Origin: an uncultured Candidatus Saccharibacteria bacterium
GTDB taxonomy: Bacteria; Patescibacteriota; Minisyncoccia; Phycocordibacterales; UBA12088
DNA length: 64,000 bases
Reading direction: 5' to 3'
Assembly (NCBI GenBank): GCA_964562615.1
Contig: CAZLUD010000001.1
Location: forward strand, 257,072-321,071
The position numbers and the translations under genes are program-made. This document shows positions 28,727 through 38,597 of the stretch, in pieces; position 1 is the stretch's first letter; each line of letters opens with the position of its first letter. The notes under the pieces were generated by a model. It was not told the DNA's origin. It saw nothing but the letters and a program-made list of their open reading frames with translations, and did no database searches.

Positions 28727-29266
28727 TTACGCCTTGAGTGGAAGACCGAGGTAACGAAGAAATGCTTCTGCCTCTTTCTTTGTCTTTGCGGTAGTAGTGA
28801 GGGTAATCGCAAGACCAAATACATCTCGTAGGTCTTCATCAGCAGTCTCAGGAAATACCGTATGCTCTTTGATACCAATGGTGTAGTTGCCCATGTCATC
28901 AACAGCCGTCTTTGGAAGCCCTCTGAAGTCACGAGTACGTGGAAGCGCGATGTGTATAACCTTATCAACAAATTCCTTCATTCTGTCACCTCTAAGGGTT
29001 ACCTTAAAGCCGATAATCTGACCCTTTCTTGATTTAAATGAAGCAATCGCCTGCTTTGCCTGTGTTGGTGCTGGCTTTTGACCAGTGATGCGAGTAAGTC
29101 TATCAATGATAGTGGCAATCTTTGCCTTATCGGTTATTTTACCTACCCCAGAAGAGATAGTAACTTTAACCAAGCGTGGCGCTTGCATCTTGTTGGTATA
29201 GCCGTGCGCATCCTTAAGCGCAGCATAGGCAGTGTCCAATTTTTCTTTTGTTTTTACGAATGCCAT
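28727..29266 (-). CDS. rplE: 50S ribosomal protein L5
   Basis: Strong L5 homology. Confidence 0.9.
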   Translation of the reverse strand: MAFVKTKEKLDTAYAALKDAHGYTNKMQAPRLVKVTISSGVGKITDKAKIATIIDRLTRITGQKPAPTQAKQAIASFKSRKGQIIGFKVTLRGDRMKEFVDKVIHIALPRTRDFRGLPKTAVDDMGNYTIGIKEHTVFPETADEDLRDVFGLAITLTTTAKTKKEAEAFLRYLGLPLKA

Positions 29267-29271
29267 ATAAT

Positions 29272-29502
29272 TTACTTTGCTTTCTTATCAGTAGCTTTGA
29301 CATTTGAGACGTGTATAGGAAACGCCTTCTCTATTACCTGTCCGGTGCTACTTCCCGATCGCGCCTTTCGGTGCTTCTTTTTCATATTAATACCATCGAT
29401 GAGCACCATGTCATCTTTAATGAACACACGTGATATTACTCCAGACTTTCCTTTGTCTGCCCCTGCAATCACGGCTACTTTGTCTCCTTTTTTTACATGC
29501 AT
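29272..29502 (-). CDS. rplX: 50S ribosomal protein L24
   Basis: Start at MHVKKGDKVAVIAGADKGK (KOW motif). Confidence 0.8.
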   Translation of the reverse strand: MHVKKGDKVAVIAGADKGKSGVISRVFIKDDMVLIDGINMKKKHRKARSGSSTGQVIEKAFPIHVSNVKATDKKAK

Positions 29503-29503
29503 A

Positions 29504-29872
29504 TTAGAGGACTTCAGCGGCAAGGTTGATAATCTTTGAAAATCCTTTTTCAGAAAGCTCTCGAGGTATTGGACCGAACACACGGTTTGCGCGTGGCTCA
29601 TTCTTTGCGTCAATCACCACAATCGCATTATCATCAAATCGAATGTATGATCCATCCTTTCTTCGAAACGCTTTTGTTTGGCGAACTACCACACCGCGTA
29701 CTACCTCCTTTTTCTTGAGCATTTTGCGTGGCTCTGCGGTTTGAATTGAAGCAACCACAATATCTCCTATTTGTGCGTAGCGACGCTTTGATCCTCCGAG
29801 CACCTTGAAAATACGAGCAACTTTTGCTCCTGAGTTATCGGTGACCATTACTATTGAAAGTGGTTGCAACAT
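29504..29872 (-). CDS. rplN: 50S ribosomal protein L14
   Basis: MLQPLSIVMVTDNSGAK... Confidence 0.9.
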   Translation of the reverse strand: MLQPLSIVMVTDNSGAKVARIFKVLGGSKRRYAQIGDIVVASIQTAEPRKMLKKKEVVRGVVVRQTKAFRRKDGSYIRFDDNAIVVIDAKNEPRANRVFGPIPRELSEKGFSKIINLAAEVL

Positions 29873-29879
29873 AAATGTA

Positions 29880-30134
29880 TTATACGACCTTAAAATGCTT
29901 GGTCTTACTGATTGGACGAGTCTCTTCTATTAAGACCTTTTCTCCCTCTGCCTTTGTGTTACCAGCATCATGCGCGTGAAATTTCTTCACTTGCTTAATG
30001 AACTTTTGGTACCGAGGGTGCTTTACATATCGGGTTACTGCAACAGTCACAGTATCCTTCATTTTTGCACTAGTCACCACACCGCTAAGTCGGCGTGATT
30101 TCTTTGTTTCCTGTTGTGTTGTTTTGTCGGTCAT
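29880..30134 (-). CDS. rpsQ: 30S ribosomal protein S17
   Basis: 84 aa, S17 OB-fold signature. Confidence 0.85.
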   Translation of the reverse strand: MTDKTTQQETKKSRRLSGVVTSAKMKDTVTVAVTRYVKHPRYQKFIKQVKKFHAHDAGNTKAEGEKVLIEETRPISKTKHFKVV

Positions 30135-30136
30135 AA

Positions 30137-30328
30137 TTATTGAAGCTCTCTTCGTCGAAGCTCGGTAAGGATTCGTGCAATGCCCTTTCGTGCTACTGAC
30201 GCCTCCTTTACGTTTTTGGTACCAGCACCTGCAATGCCGAATCGGAATGTACGCACTACCTCCCTTTTCTCTGCAAGCTCCTTTTTTAGGTCTTCTATTT
30301 TTTTGTCGATTGTATTGATCTTGGCCAT
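30137..30328 (-). CDS. rpmC: 50S ribosomal protein L29
   Basis: Start at MAKINTIDKKIEDLKKELAEKREVV. Confidence 0.8.
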   Translation of the reverse strand: MAKINTIDKKIEDLKKELAEKREVVRTFRFGIAGAGTKNVKEASVARKGIARILTELRRRELQ

Positions 30329-30338
30329 ACTACACAAA

Positions 30339-30758
30339 TTATGCTCTTACGACAAATCGTGCCTTGAGAGGAAGTTTTGCAGCTCCCTTTCTAAGAGCTT
30401 CCTGAGCTACCGCTTCGGTAACACCATCAAGCTCAAAGAGCACGCGTCCTGGCCATACCTGGAACTCAAATCCCTGCGCATCACCTTTTCCCTTACCCAT
30501 ACCTACCTCTGCCGCCTTTTGAGTCCATGGTCTGTCTGGGAAGATGCGGATCCACACCCTACCATTTTTACCCATAGCGCGCGAGATGGTTCGGCGAGCG
30601 GCTTCGATGTGATTAGAACGAATGCGTGCAGAGGTGGTAGCCTTCATGCCGTACTGACCAAAAGCTATGGTAGTACCACGTGACTCTTTCACGTTTTTAG
30701 CAGGATTTACTCGATCTCGCTGCCACTTTCTGTGTTTTATCTTTTTAGGAAATAACAT
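30339..30758 (-). CDS. rplP: 50S ribosomal protein L16
   Basis: Start at MLFPKKIKHRKWQRDR... Confidence 0.85.
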   Translation of the reverse strand: MLFPKKIKHRKWQRDRVNPAKNVKESRGTTIAFGQYGMKATTSARIRSNHIEAARRTISRAMGKNGRVWIRIFPDRPWTQKAAEVGMGKGKGDAQGFEFQVWPGRVLFELDGVTEAVAQEALRKGAAKLPLKARFVVRA

Positions 30759-30768
30759 ACAAATGAAT

Positions 30769-31452
30769 TTATGCGCGATTTTGTCCTTCTTCCATCTCAA
30801 ACACTTCACCTCGGTATATCCATACCTTTACTCCGGTAAGTCCAGTGTAAGGAAGGTACGCCTCATCATGCGCGTAGTCTACGTCAGCACGGAGAGTGGT
30901 AAGTGGAATTCGTCCCTTCTTAATAGACTCCTTTCGTGCCATCTCTGAACCACCAACGCGTCCCTTTACCATGATGCGCACACCCTCAACCTCACGGTTA
31001 GCCATTACCTTTTCAGTAACTTGCTTGAGTACACGTCTAAATGGCATCTTTTTCTCAAGCTGCTCTGCTACCATGTAGGCGACAATCGCTGCGTTGCTCT
31101 CAGGATTTTTTACTTCCTCAACATCGAGTTTTATTTCAGGAACATTTGCAATGTTAGCCTTTTTGATTACTTTAGCAATCTCCTTTTTAAGAAGGGTAGC
31201 TCCTTCGCCGCTTCTTCCAATTACTAGTCCTGGGCGTGATGTCTTTATCAAAATTCGGTATGCCGCTTGTGTGCGCTCAGTCTCGATACCTGCGATATAC
31301 ATACCGCGCAATCGCTTCTTAAGAAACTCACGAATAAGCGTGTCCATCTTAAGCTGAGCAACATACTCCTTTTTTGAAGGAGAAAACCACCTCGCCTTCC
31401 AATCGCGGATGATACCAAGTCTATGTGAATATGGATGGACTACGTGGGTCAT
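30769..31452 (-). CDS. rpsC: 30S ribosomal protein S3
   Basis: KH domain GIIRDWKARWF... Confidence 0.9.
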   Translation of the reverse strand: MTHVVHPYSHRLGIIRDWKARWFSPSKKEYVAQLKMDTLIREFLKKRLRGMYIAGIETERTQAAYRILIKTSRPGLVIGRSGEGATLLKKEIAKVIKKANIANVPEIKLDVEEVKNPESNAAIVAYMVAEQLEKKMPFRRVLKQVTEKVMANREVEGVRIMVKGRVGGSEMARKESIKKGRIPLTTLRADVDYAHDEAYLPYTGLTGVKVWIYRGEVFEMEEGQNRA

Positions 31453-31459
31453 ATAGTGA

Positions 31460-31855
31460 TTATGCTTCGTTAACGACGGGCTTTTTAGCTTTCTTAGTGG
31501 TTGCCTTTTTTACTGCAGGCGCTTCCTTTCTTTCACCAAGCTCGAGTCTGATGTGGCTTGATTCCTTGTGAATTCGTGAAGCTCGTCCTCTAGCGCGAGG
31601 CATCATACGCTGCAAGGTAATACCCTTATCTACTGAGATAGTTTTTATGAAAAGATCCTCAGTTTTGATTCCCTCATCAATAACCTTCGCGTTTGCTACC
31701 GCAGACTCAATAAGCTTCTGCATAGGGAGTGCCGCGCGCTTAGATACAAATGAAAGCTCCTTAACGGCAACCGCTACGTTTTTACCTCGCACCATATCAG
31801 CAAGAAGACGTACTTTTCTTGGTGCCTGACGATAATTTTTAAGGAAAGCCTTCAT
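31460..31855 (-). CDS. rplV: 50S ribosomal protein L22
   Basis: L22 signature, C-terminal basic extension. Confidence 0.9.
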   Translation of the reverse strand: MKAFLKNYRQAPRKVRLLADMVRGKNVAVAVKELSFVSKRAALPMQKLIESAVANAKVIDEGIKTEDLFIKTISVDKGITLQRMMPRARGRASRIHKESSHIRLELGERKEAPAVKKATTKKAKKPVVNEA

Positions 31856-31860
31856 AGGAA

Positions 31861-32202
31861 TTATTTAGATGCCGTTACTGCCCCCTTGGCTGCCTTTGCT
31901 GCCTGAATTTCTGACTCTTTCTTCTTTGTGTCTAGTTCTTTCTGGATCTTTCCTCCGTGTCGTACGAACTTCTTTGTTGGAGAAAATTCACCTAGTCTGT
32001 GTCCCACCATTTCTTCTGTAACCAAGACTGGTAGGTGTGCCTTTCCGTTGTGGACACCAAAAGTAAAGCCAACCATCTCTGGTGAGATCATTGAATCACG
32101 TGCCCACGTCTTAACAACCCCCGCGTCTCGTGGGCTTTTGCCGGCAATCTTTTTCAAGAGCCGATCATATACGTATGGACCTTTTTTAAGCGAACGTGTC
32201 AT
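31861..32202 (-). CDS. rpsS: 30S ribosomal protein S19
   Basis: [11 protein letters not shown]... Confidence 0.9.
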   Translation of the reverse strand: MTRSLKKGPYVYDRLLKKIAGKSPRDAGVVKTWARDSMISPEMVGFTFGVHNGKAHLPVLVTEEMVGHRLGEFSPTKKFVRHGGKIQKELDTKKKESEIQAAKAAKGAVTASK

Positions 32203-32316
32203 GTAAGTAAAGAAAAGCGCTCATCCGAGCGTCCGGTAGATACTATGCGAATACTCATTAATTGTCAAACTAAACTAACACCAAACCACACAAAAACCCT
32301 ACATTCTCACATCACA

Positions 32317-33174
32317 TTACCGCTTCTTGCCAACCTTTCGGCGAGATACGATAAGTTTGTTTGAATACTTTTTAGGCGTTCTTGATTTCTGACCCTTTCC
32401 TGTAGGCTTGCCCCACAGAGAACGAGCTCGGCGATGACCTCTTCCGCCCTTTCCTTCGCCTCCACCGTGTGGGTGGTCGACTGGGTTCATGGCTGAACCA
32501 CGAACCGTAGGACGAATACCAAGCCATCGTGATCTACCCGCCTTACCAAGATTCTGAAGGCGGTACTCTGGGTTAGAAACCTCACCAACAGATGCCCATG
32601 CCTCAGAAAGGACTTTTCGGACTTCAGTTGATGGCATTTTTAGGAATGTATATCCAGCATCTTGACCAATTACCTCAATAAAGTTGCCAGCGCTTCGAGC
32701 AAGACGCGCCCCCGCTCCTGGTTGAATCTCTACATTGTAGATAAATGTTCCTACTGGAATATTTTTTAGAGGAAGACGATTGCCCACTTTAACCTTTGCC
32801 TTCTCTGAAGCAATTATTTCGTCACCTACTGCTAGGTGTGATGGAGCAAGTATGTATGCTCGAGCACCGTCAGCATAGCAAACAAGCGCAATAAAGCCTG
32901 ATCGGTACGGATCGTACTCAATAGTCTCTATTTTTGCTGGAATATCTCTCTTTGCATAGGTAAAATCTATTGCTCTGTGTAGCTTTTTGTGACCTCCGCC
33001 CTTGTGTCGGGTAGAAATTCTTCCTCCCGCTCTTCCTACACCTTGTGAGCCTCCCTTGGTGAGCTTCTTGTGTGGTTCAGTAGCAGTAATAACTCCCTTA
33101 TAGCGAACCACGCTCATATGCCGACGAGAAGGTGTTACTGGTTTATACTTTTTTACCGATGATCTATCAGCCAT
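32317..33174 (-). CDS. rplB: 50S ribosomal protein L2
   Basis: 285 aa, conserved GGGHKKLHR / HPHGGGEG motifs. Confidence 0.9.
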   Translation of the reverse strand: MADRSSVKKYKPVTPSRRHMSVVRYKGVITATEPHKKLTKGGSQGVGRAGGRISTRHKGGGHKKLHRAIDFTYAKRDIPAKIETIEYDPYRSGFIALVCYADGARAYILAPSHLAVGDEIIASEKAKVKVGNRLPLKNIPVGTFIYNVEIQPGAGARLARSAGNFIEVIGQDAGYTFLKMPSTEVRKVLSEAWASVGEVSNPEYRLQNLGKAGRSRWLGIRPTVRGSAMNPVDHPHGGGEGKGGRGHRRARSLWGKPTGKGQKSRTPKKYSNKLIVSRRKVGKKR

Positions 33175-33179
33175 AATGA

Positions 33180-33557
33180 TTATATAAGTTCAATTTTATC
33201 CCCCTTCTTGAGGTATACGTACGCTTTCTTAAACGCCTTTGACTTTCCACTTACTCCACGAAGCATCTTGGTGATGTTTTGCTGCTTCATACGTACAGTA
33301 TGAATCTTGACTGGAGTTACCTTAAAGAGGTGTGTTATTGCCTTTCCTATATCTATCTTAGATGCGTCTATCGCAACCTCAAATACGTACACTCCCTTCT
33401 CTGCGCTGTAGGTAGCCTTTTCAGTAATGCGAGGTCTGCGGATAACCTGCGAGAGGTCGATACCCTTTTTAGTAAGGCTTGCGCGTGTAGTGCTCTTTAC
33501 CACCTCCTTCTTAGGAGTGTCTACCGCTTTTTCTTTTTTTGTTCCGAATATGGCCAT
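33180..33557 (-). CDS. rplW: 50S ribosomal protein L23
   Basis: Position and composition. Confidence 0.85.
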   Translation of the reverse strand: MAIFGTKKEKAVDTPKKEVVKSTTRASLTKKGIDLSQVIRRPRITEKATYSAEKGVYVFEVAIDASKIDIGKAITHLFKVTPVKIHTVRMKQQNITKMLRGVSGKSKAFKKAYVYLKKGDKIELI

Positions 33558-33562
33558 ACTAA

Positions 33563-34240
33563 TTATTTATCCTTGGTGACCGACAATTTTGCTTCAAGTG
33601 TTGAAATAGCGTTTTCTGCACCTACCACTACGACAAACTTATGGGTAAGTACATCAAGCACGTTAAGATTGCGGACTTCCTCTACTTCTACATTGCCAAA
33701 GTTACCAAAGCTTTTCTTTATGAAATCATTTTTTTCAGCAATAGCAACAAGGGCGGCATTTTTCTTTTTAGTTGCAAGATGCTCAAACCCCTTTACTGAA
33801 GCAAGAGCGAGTAGTAGATCCTTTGCTTCCTTAGTCTTTGGAGCGTTAAGTGAAAATTCGTCAACAAAGATAAGTTCACCGTCTTGATACTTTTGAGAAA
33901 GTGCAGTAAAGAGAGCCTTTACACGCATTTTCTTGTTTACTTTCTGTGAATAGTCCTTTTCGTTTCGAGGACCGTGTGCGATACCTCCCCCCTTCCATAT
34001 TGGAGATCTAATAGAACCATGGCGCGCTTGACCAGTACCCTTTTGCTTCCAAGGCTTTCTTCCTCCTCCGCGAACCTCGCTTCTGTCTTTGGTGTGAGCG
34101 GTAGAATTGCGAGCGTTAGCCTGTACTGCAAGCACTACCTGGTGCACAAGGTCGGCATTCCATGGCAAGCCGAACACGCTCTCGGGAAGTGTTACCTTTC
34201 CTGCTTCTTTCGCTTGCTTGTTGTATACGAGAGCTTCCAT
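33563..34240 (-). CDS. rplD: 50S ribosomal protein L4
   Basis: 225 aa; position. Confidence 0.9.
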   Translation of the reverse strand: MEALVYNKQAKEAGKVTLPESVFGLPWNADLVHQVVLAVQANARNSTAHTKDRSEVRGGGRKPWKQKGTGQARHGSIRSPIWKGGGIAHGPRNEKDYSQKVNKKMRVKALFTALSQKYQDGELIFVDEFSLNAPKTKEAKDLLLALASVKGFEHLATKKKNAALVAIAEKNDFIKKSFGNFGNVEVEEVRNLNVLDVLTHKFVVVVGAENAISTLEAKLSVTKDK

Positions 34241-34245
34241 AGTAA

Positions 34246-34869
34246 TTATGAGGTTTTTCTTATCTCTACAAGTGTGCCTGGTCTTCCTGGTACTGCGCCC
34301 TTAAGGTACAGCTTTCCTGCATCACTATCAATAGCAACCACAGTTAGGTTCTTTACTGTAACCCTATCAGAACCCATTCTTCCTGGCATTTTTCTACCTT
34401 TAAACACCTTTGCAGGGCCCTTTGCACCAATTGAACCAGGAGTACGAAAATCGTGCGCTCGGCCGTGAGAGCTTGGGTGACCTGAAAATCCATGACGCTT
34501 TACCACACCCTGAAAACCCTTTCCTTTTGTGGTTGCAGACACGGTAACCACATCACCTTCTTTGAGCATATCTGCGAGGGTAAGTACATCGCCAACGTTC
34601 ACATCAGCAGGTGCGTCATTTTTCATTCTGAACTCTACAAGATGTTCAAATGGGCCCTTTCCCTTAAGATGTCCCATTTCTGCCTTATTTACCTTTCTCT
34701 CTGCTTTAGTACCAAAACCAACCTGAATGGCGCTGTAGCCATCCTTTTCTGTGGTGCGGACTGCGGTAACGGTAACTGATGGTGCATACAGCACCGTAGA
34801 AGGGTGTACTTCACCCCCTTTACCGAATATCTGAGTCATTTTTTCTTTTTTTCCGAGTAGGAATTGCAT
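34246..34869 (-). CDS. rplC: 50S ribosomal protein L3
   Basis: Start at MQFLLGKKEKMTQIF... Confidence 0.85.
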   Translation of the reverse strand: MQFLLGKKEKMTQIFGKGGEVHPSTVLYAPSVTVTAVRTTEKDGYSAIQVGFGTKAERKVNKAEMGHLKGKGPFEHLVEFRMKNDAPADVNVGDVLTLADMLKEGDVVTVSATTKGKGFQGVVKRHGFSGHPSSHGRAHDFRTPGSIGAKGPAKVFKGRKMPGRMGSDRVTVKNLTVVAIDSDAGKLYLKGAVPGRPGTLVEIRKTS

Positions 34870-35113
34870 GTGAAATATATTGGCACAAAAAAACCCGTGC
34901 TGGACGGATGATTGCCTTACAAAAGGCATTCCTGTCCAGTGGTCCCTCTCAATACCTCTATTGGGGACATGGGACTTCTATATGAGAAGTGGTCACACTA
35001 TATACGAATATTCAAAAAACACAAATAGTAAGCATGTTGACACACGACTATGTATGTGTTGATATAACATCAGCACATACCCGCACCTCGGGGATCAGGG
35101 GTTTGGAGTTTAA

Positions 35114-35399
35114 CATGATCACACACGGCTTTTGTCCTATTTGCAATCAATTGGTTGAAGTAGTTGATTCGCATTTTGCACCCGATATTATCGAATCGAT
35201 TGAGGGGTGCTATTCAGTAACTGAACACAAACATGATGGATTGAGTTGCATCGGTACTGGATTATCGCCAAAATCTATCGAGGAAGATGATGATTGGCCG
35301 GAGGATCCACCTCCAGAGCCAAAAAACAATGACCTCGGTCCGGGGGTCGATCCCCTCGGAGAGGAGGAACCTCCTCACAGAAAGAGGATCCTCCCCTAG
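35114..35399 (+). CDS. Hypothetical small Cys-containing protein with acidic Pro-rich tail
   Basis: AGGGG RBS before ATG 35114; CPIC...C...C pattern; ends at the hairpin terminator in the first direct repeat. Confidence 0.3.
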
Positions 35400-35412
35400 A
35401 GTGGTGGCCGGT

Positions 35413-35483
35413 GCGAAACGCGCCGGCCACATCTTTTTATACCACTGACAAATTTTCACTTTTTAAAACAACAACACCGCCCT
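35413..35483 (+). repeat. 71-bp direct repeat, copy 1 (1 mismatch with copy 2)
   Basis: gcgaaacgcgccggccacatctttttataccactgaCaaattttcactttttaaaacaacaacaccgccct; identical but for one base to 36908-36978. Confidence 0.85.
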
Positions 35484-35638
35484 CGAGCGCCCTTCCCTCC
35501 GCTCCGCAACCCGAGCGAAGATCAAGAAGCTCATACGTGACAATTCAACTCGATCGATGCGTTCAAATTACTTGTGAGCTTCGTACGCCTTACGAGGTGG
35601 TGCGACAGGTGTCGCGGTAGTCAATTTGAGTGCCTTAG

Positions 35639-36226
35639 TTAAAATACATCGCGGGCGATTATTATCATTGTTGAAACCAAGCCAAATAAGAAGAACAGGT
35701 ATGAAATCGGCAGTAGCGCAAGACTATTCTCACAAATTACATTTGCATGTGATGCCAACCATCCCTGAAAATTTCTCTTGAAGACAATTTTTTCATCCAT
35801 TTTTTCAAAAGTTGAACGAAAAAATTCAATATGTCCTTTTTCTTTTTTTACAAAACCTCTTACTATCTCCCGATACAAATCCATAAACCCATCAATCACA
35901 CAAAACAAACCGACCGAAAGAAAGCCAAGCACAAAAAAACATATTGGTGCCACTAATTCAAATCGTATGCTCATTTCGTTGATAAACAACTGGGCATACA
36001 TGGTAACCGCAATAATCAACGCAGAACCATTTGCTTTGAAGGAATATTTAATAACAAGATCATTCAATGGGTCGCGTTTTTCCATGTATTCATTTTTAAC
36101 CGCATTGTTGTTCATAAAAAGGTGCACCACGACTTGGGTGAGAAGCTCGCCAGCACCTATGTGTCCGGCAGGGACTTGGTAGTTCCCATTCTGATACTTG
36201 CTATGTGAATGGATTCTCGATTTCAA
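35639..36226 (-). CDS. Hypothetical 3-TM membrane protein, translationally coupled to the upstream CYTH gene
   Basis: 195 aa; start overlaps CYTH stop by 26 nt. Confidence 0.45.
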   Translation of the reverse strand: MKSRIHSHSKYQNGNYQVPAGHIGAGELLTQVVVHLFMNNNAVKNEYMEKRDPLNDLVIKYSFKANGSALIIAVTMYAQLFINEMSIRFELVAPICFFVLGFLSVGLFCVIDGFMDLYREIVRGFVKKEKGHIEFFRSTFEKMDEKIVFKRNFQGWLASHANVICENSLALLPISYLFFLFGLVSTMIIIARDVF

Positions 36227-36779
36227 ATGTAAAAGCCTTGAGAGTTTCCTTGTCGAGCTCGTCGAGAGTCTTGCCGTATTTCTGTTTGTAAATGCCGTTC
36301 ACTGTGTCGAAGATGGCATCCTGATAATCGAATCCGAGCTTTTGTGCAGCAGTTTTTACCACTTCCTCAGAAGAGCCTTCCAGTTCAACGTATGTATCAA
36401 GGAATGGCCATGTATCAATCGCAACCTCGACATCTCCAAGTAACCAAAGTTCGCGTCTGGATTCTTGGTAGGATTTACGCTCACACCCGATCGACTCAAG
36501 AAGTGCAACCGTGTCTCCTAAGTCGTTTACTTCAACGAGGATTTCTTTCTGTCCAGTAATCGTCTTTCCATCGACAGACTTGAGAGTAAGCGTCACTTTG
36601 TTCCCCTCGTCACGAACACGAAGCCATGTATTCGGATCCTGTTTCTCCTTCGGAAGTTCCAGAGTGACACGTCGTTGCATGTATTCTGGACGCACAAGAA
36701 TAGCGCCAAGAGCTTTGAGTGTCTGAGTCAAATCCTCCTTCTGTATATCAAGAAATGTCGCCTCGTATTCTGTCTTCAT
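36201..36779 (-). CDS. CYTH-domain protein (CyaB-like class IV adenylyl cyclase / triphosphate tunnel metalloenzyme family)
   Basis: 192 aa; N-terminal EYEATFLDI (CYTH ExExK-like start), WLRVRDEGNKVTLTLK beta-strand pattern, acidic residues spaced as in tunnel-fold enzymes. Confidence 0.6.
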   Translation of the reverse strand: MKTEYEATFLDIQKEDLTQTLKALGAILVRPEYMQRRVTLELPKEKQDPNTWLRVRDEGNKVTLTLKSVDGKTITGQKEILVEVNDLGDTVALLESIGCERKSYQESRRELWLLGDVEVAIDTWPFLDTYVELEGSSEEVVKTAAQKLGFDYQDAIFDTVNGIYKQKYGKTLDELDKETLKAFTFEIENPFT

Positions 36780-36907
36780 GATGCGATTATATTACAATTC
36801 GAACAGTTAAGGATGTCATTAGGCTATTGATCGATCGGTCTAGTTGTTCGATCAACAACATTCACTCTGAGGAGTGATATTTATTTTACCCTACCGTAGT
36901 GCTACCA

Positions 36908-36978
36908 GCGAAACGCGCCGGCCACATCTTTTTATACCACTGAAAAATTTTCACTTTTTAAAACAACAACACCGCCCT
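36908..36978 (+). repeat. 71-bp direct repeat, copy 2
   Basis: See copy 1; here followed by a perfect hairpin aaacaacaacaccgccc-tttc-gggcggtgttgttgttt that acts as the terminator for rpsJ on the minus strand. Confidence 0.85.
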
Positions 36979-37017
36979 TTCGGGCGGTGTTGTTGTTTGT
37001 CCTCACTTTGTTGTTTG

Positions 37018-37371
37018 CTACACCATCTTCACCTCAATGCTTACCCCAGAAGGCAAGGAGAGGTTGGTAAGTGCTTCAACAATTTTTTGTGAAGGATTCA
37101 CAATCTCAATAAGTCGTTTATGAACTCGCATTTCGAACTGTTCTCGCGCGTCCTTATGAACGAATGCGGCTCTATTAACGGTATATTTCTTAATCTCAGT
37201 CGGTAGCGGTACTGGACCTACCATCTTTGCATCAAAGCGAAGGGCGGTGTCCATTATTTGGCGTACCGATGCGTCAAGCACCTTATTTTCATACGCGCGC
37301 ACACGAATGCGAAGACGTGGTTCACTTGCGTGCGTGCTTTTTTCTTTTTTTGCTTTTTTAGCGGTTGTCAT
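37018..37371 (-). CDS. rpsJ: 30S ribosomal protein S10 (N-terminal basic extension)
   Basis: RLRIRVRAYEN...GPVPLPTE...VNRAAFVHKDAREQFEMRVHKRLIEIV... Confidence 0.85.
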   Translation of the reverse strand: MTTAKKAKKEKSTHASEPRLRIRVRAYENKVLDASVRQIMDTALRFDAKMVGPVPLPTEIKKYTVNRAAFVHKDAREQFEMRVHKRLIEIVNPSQKIVEALTNLSLPSGVSIEVKMV

Positions 37372-37400
37372 GGTGCAAAGCGCGTGAGCGCACTATGTTA

Positions 37401-38597
37401 CTAGGCGACGATCTTGGTGACCACTCCAGCGCCGACGGTCTTACCACCCTCACGGATAGCAAAACGCTGTTGTTCTTCAAGGGCAATTGCGGCAACAAGC
37501 TTTACCTTAAAGGTAACGGTATCGCCCGGCATAACCATTTCTACACCCTCCTTGAGTGTTACCTCGCCGGTAACGTCAGTGGTTCGAACATAGAACTGTG
37601 GCTTGTATCCAGTGAAGAATGGTGTGTGACGACCTCCTTCCTCTTTTTTAAGGATGTATACCTCTGATTCAAACTCTGTGTGTGGAGTAACAGAACCAGA
37701 CTTTGCAAGCACCTGACCTCGGTGTACATCTTCTTTTTTAGTACCTCGAAGAAGAATACCTGCGTTGTCTCCTGCCTGACCTTCTTGTAGTTGCTTGTTG
37801 AACATTTCAACTCCAGTAACCGTAGTCTTAGCGGTAGGAGCCATACCAACAATTTCTACTTCTTCACCTACCTTAACTACACCTCGCTCAATACGGCCGG
37901 TAACTACTGTTCCGCGACCTTCAATTGAGAAGATGTCTTCGATTGGCATAAGGAATGGCTTTTCGATTTCTCGAACTGGCATTGGGAAGTATTCATCCAT
38001 TGCCGTTACAAGCTCAACAACCTTTTCGCTCCATGGACCCTTTGGATCCTCAAGCGCCTTAAGACCTGAACCCTTGATAACAGGAGTGTTTTTACCATCA
38101 AATCCGTTTGCATCAAGAAGCTCTCGGATTTCTTCTTCTACAAGCATTACCATTTCTTCATCATCTACCATGTCTACCTTGTTGATGAATACGATAATCT
38201 TTGGCACACCTACTTGGCGTGCAAGGAGTACGTGCTCACGAGTTTGTGGCATCATACCGTCGGTTGCTGCTACCACGAGCACTGCGCCGTCCATCTGAGC
38301 GGCACCAGTAATCATGTTTTTGATGTAGTCGGCGTGACCTGGGGCATCAATGTGTGCGTAGTGACGACTCTTTGTCCAATACTCACTGTGCGAAAGCGAA
38401 ATAGTAATACCACGCGCCTTTTCTTCTGGCGCCTTATCAATATCATCTACTCCCTTTACGGTAGCTCCGTAGTCGCCTCCTCGGGCGTTAAGGGTGTTGA
38501 GAATCGCAGCCGTAAGCGTAGTCTTGCCGTGGTCAACGTGACCAATGGTTCCTACGTTTATGTGCGGTCTCGAGCGATCAAACTCTGCTGCTGCCAT
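37401..38597 (-). CDS. tuf: Elongation factor Tu
   Basis: [25 protein letters not shown] motifs. Confidence 0.95.
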   Translation of the reverse strand: MAAAEFDRSRPHINVGTIGHVDHGKTTLTAAILNTLNARGGDYGATVKGVDDIDKAPEEKARGITISLSHSEYWTKSRHYAHIDAPGHADYIKNMITGAAQMDGAVLVVAATDGMMPQTREHVLLARQVGVPKIIVFINKVDMVDDEEMVMLVEEEIRELLDANGFDGKNTPVIKGSGLKALEDPKGPWSEKVVELVTAMDEYFPMPVREIEKPFLMPIEDIFSIEGRGTVVTGRIERGVVKVGEEVEIVGMAPTAKTTVTGVEMFNKQLQEGQAGDNAGILLRGTKKEDVHRGQVLAKSGSVTPHTEFESEVYILKKEEGGRHTPFFTGYKPQFYVRTTDVTGEVTLKEGVEMVMPGDTVTFKVKLVAAIALEEQQRFAIREGGKTVGAGVVTKIVA

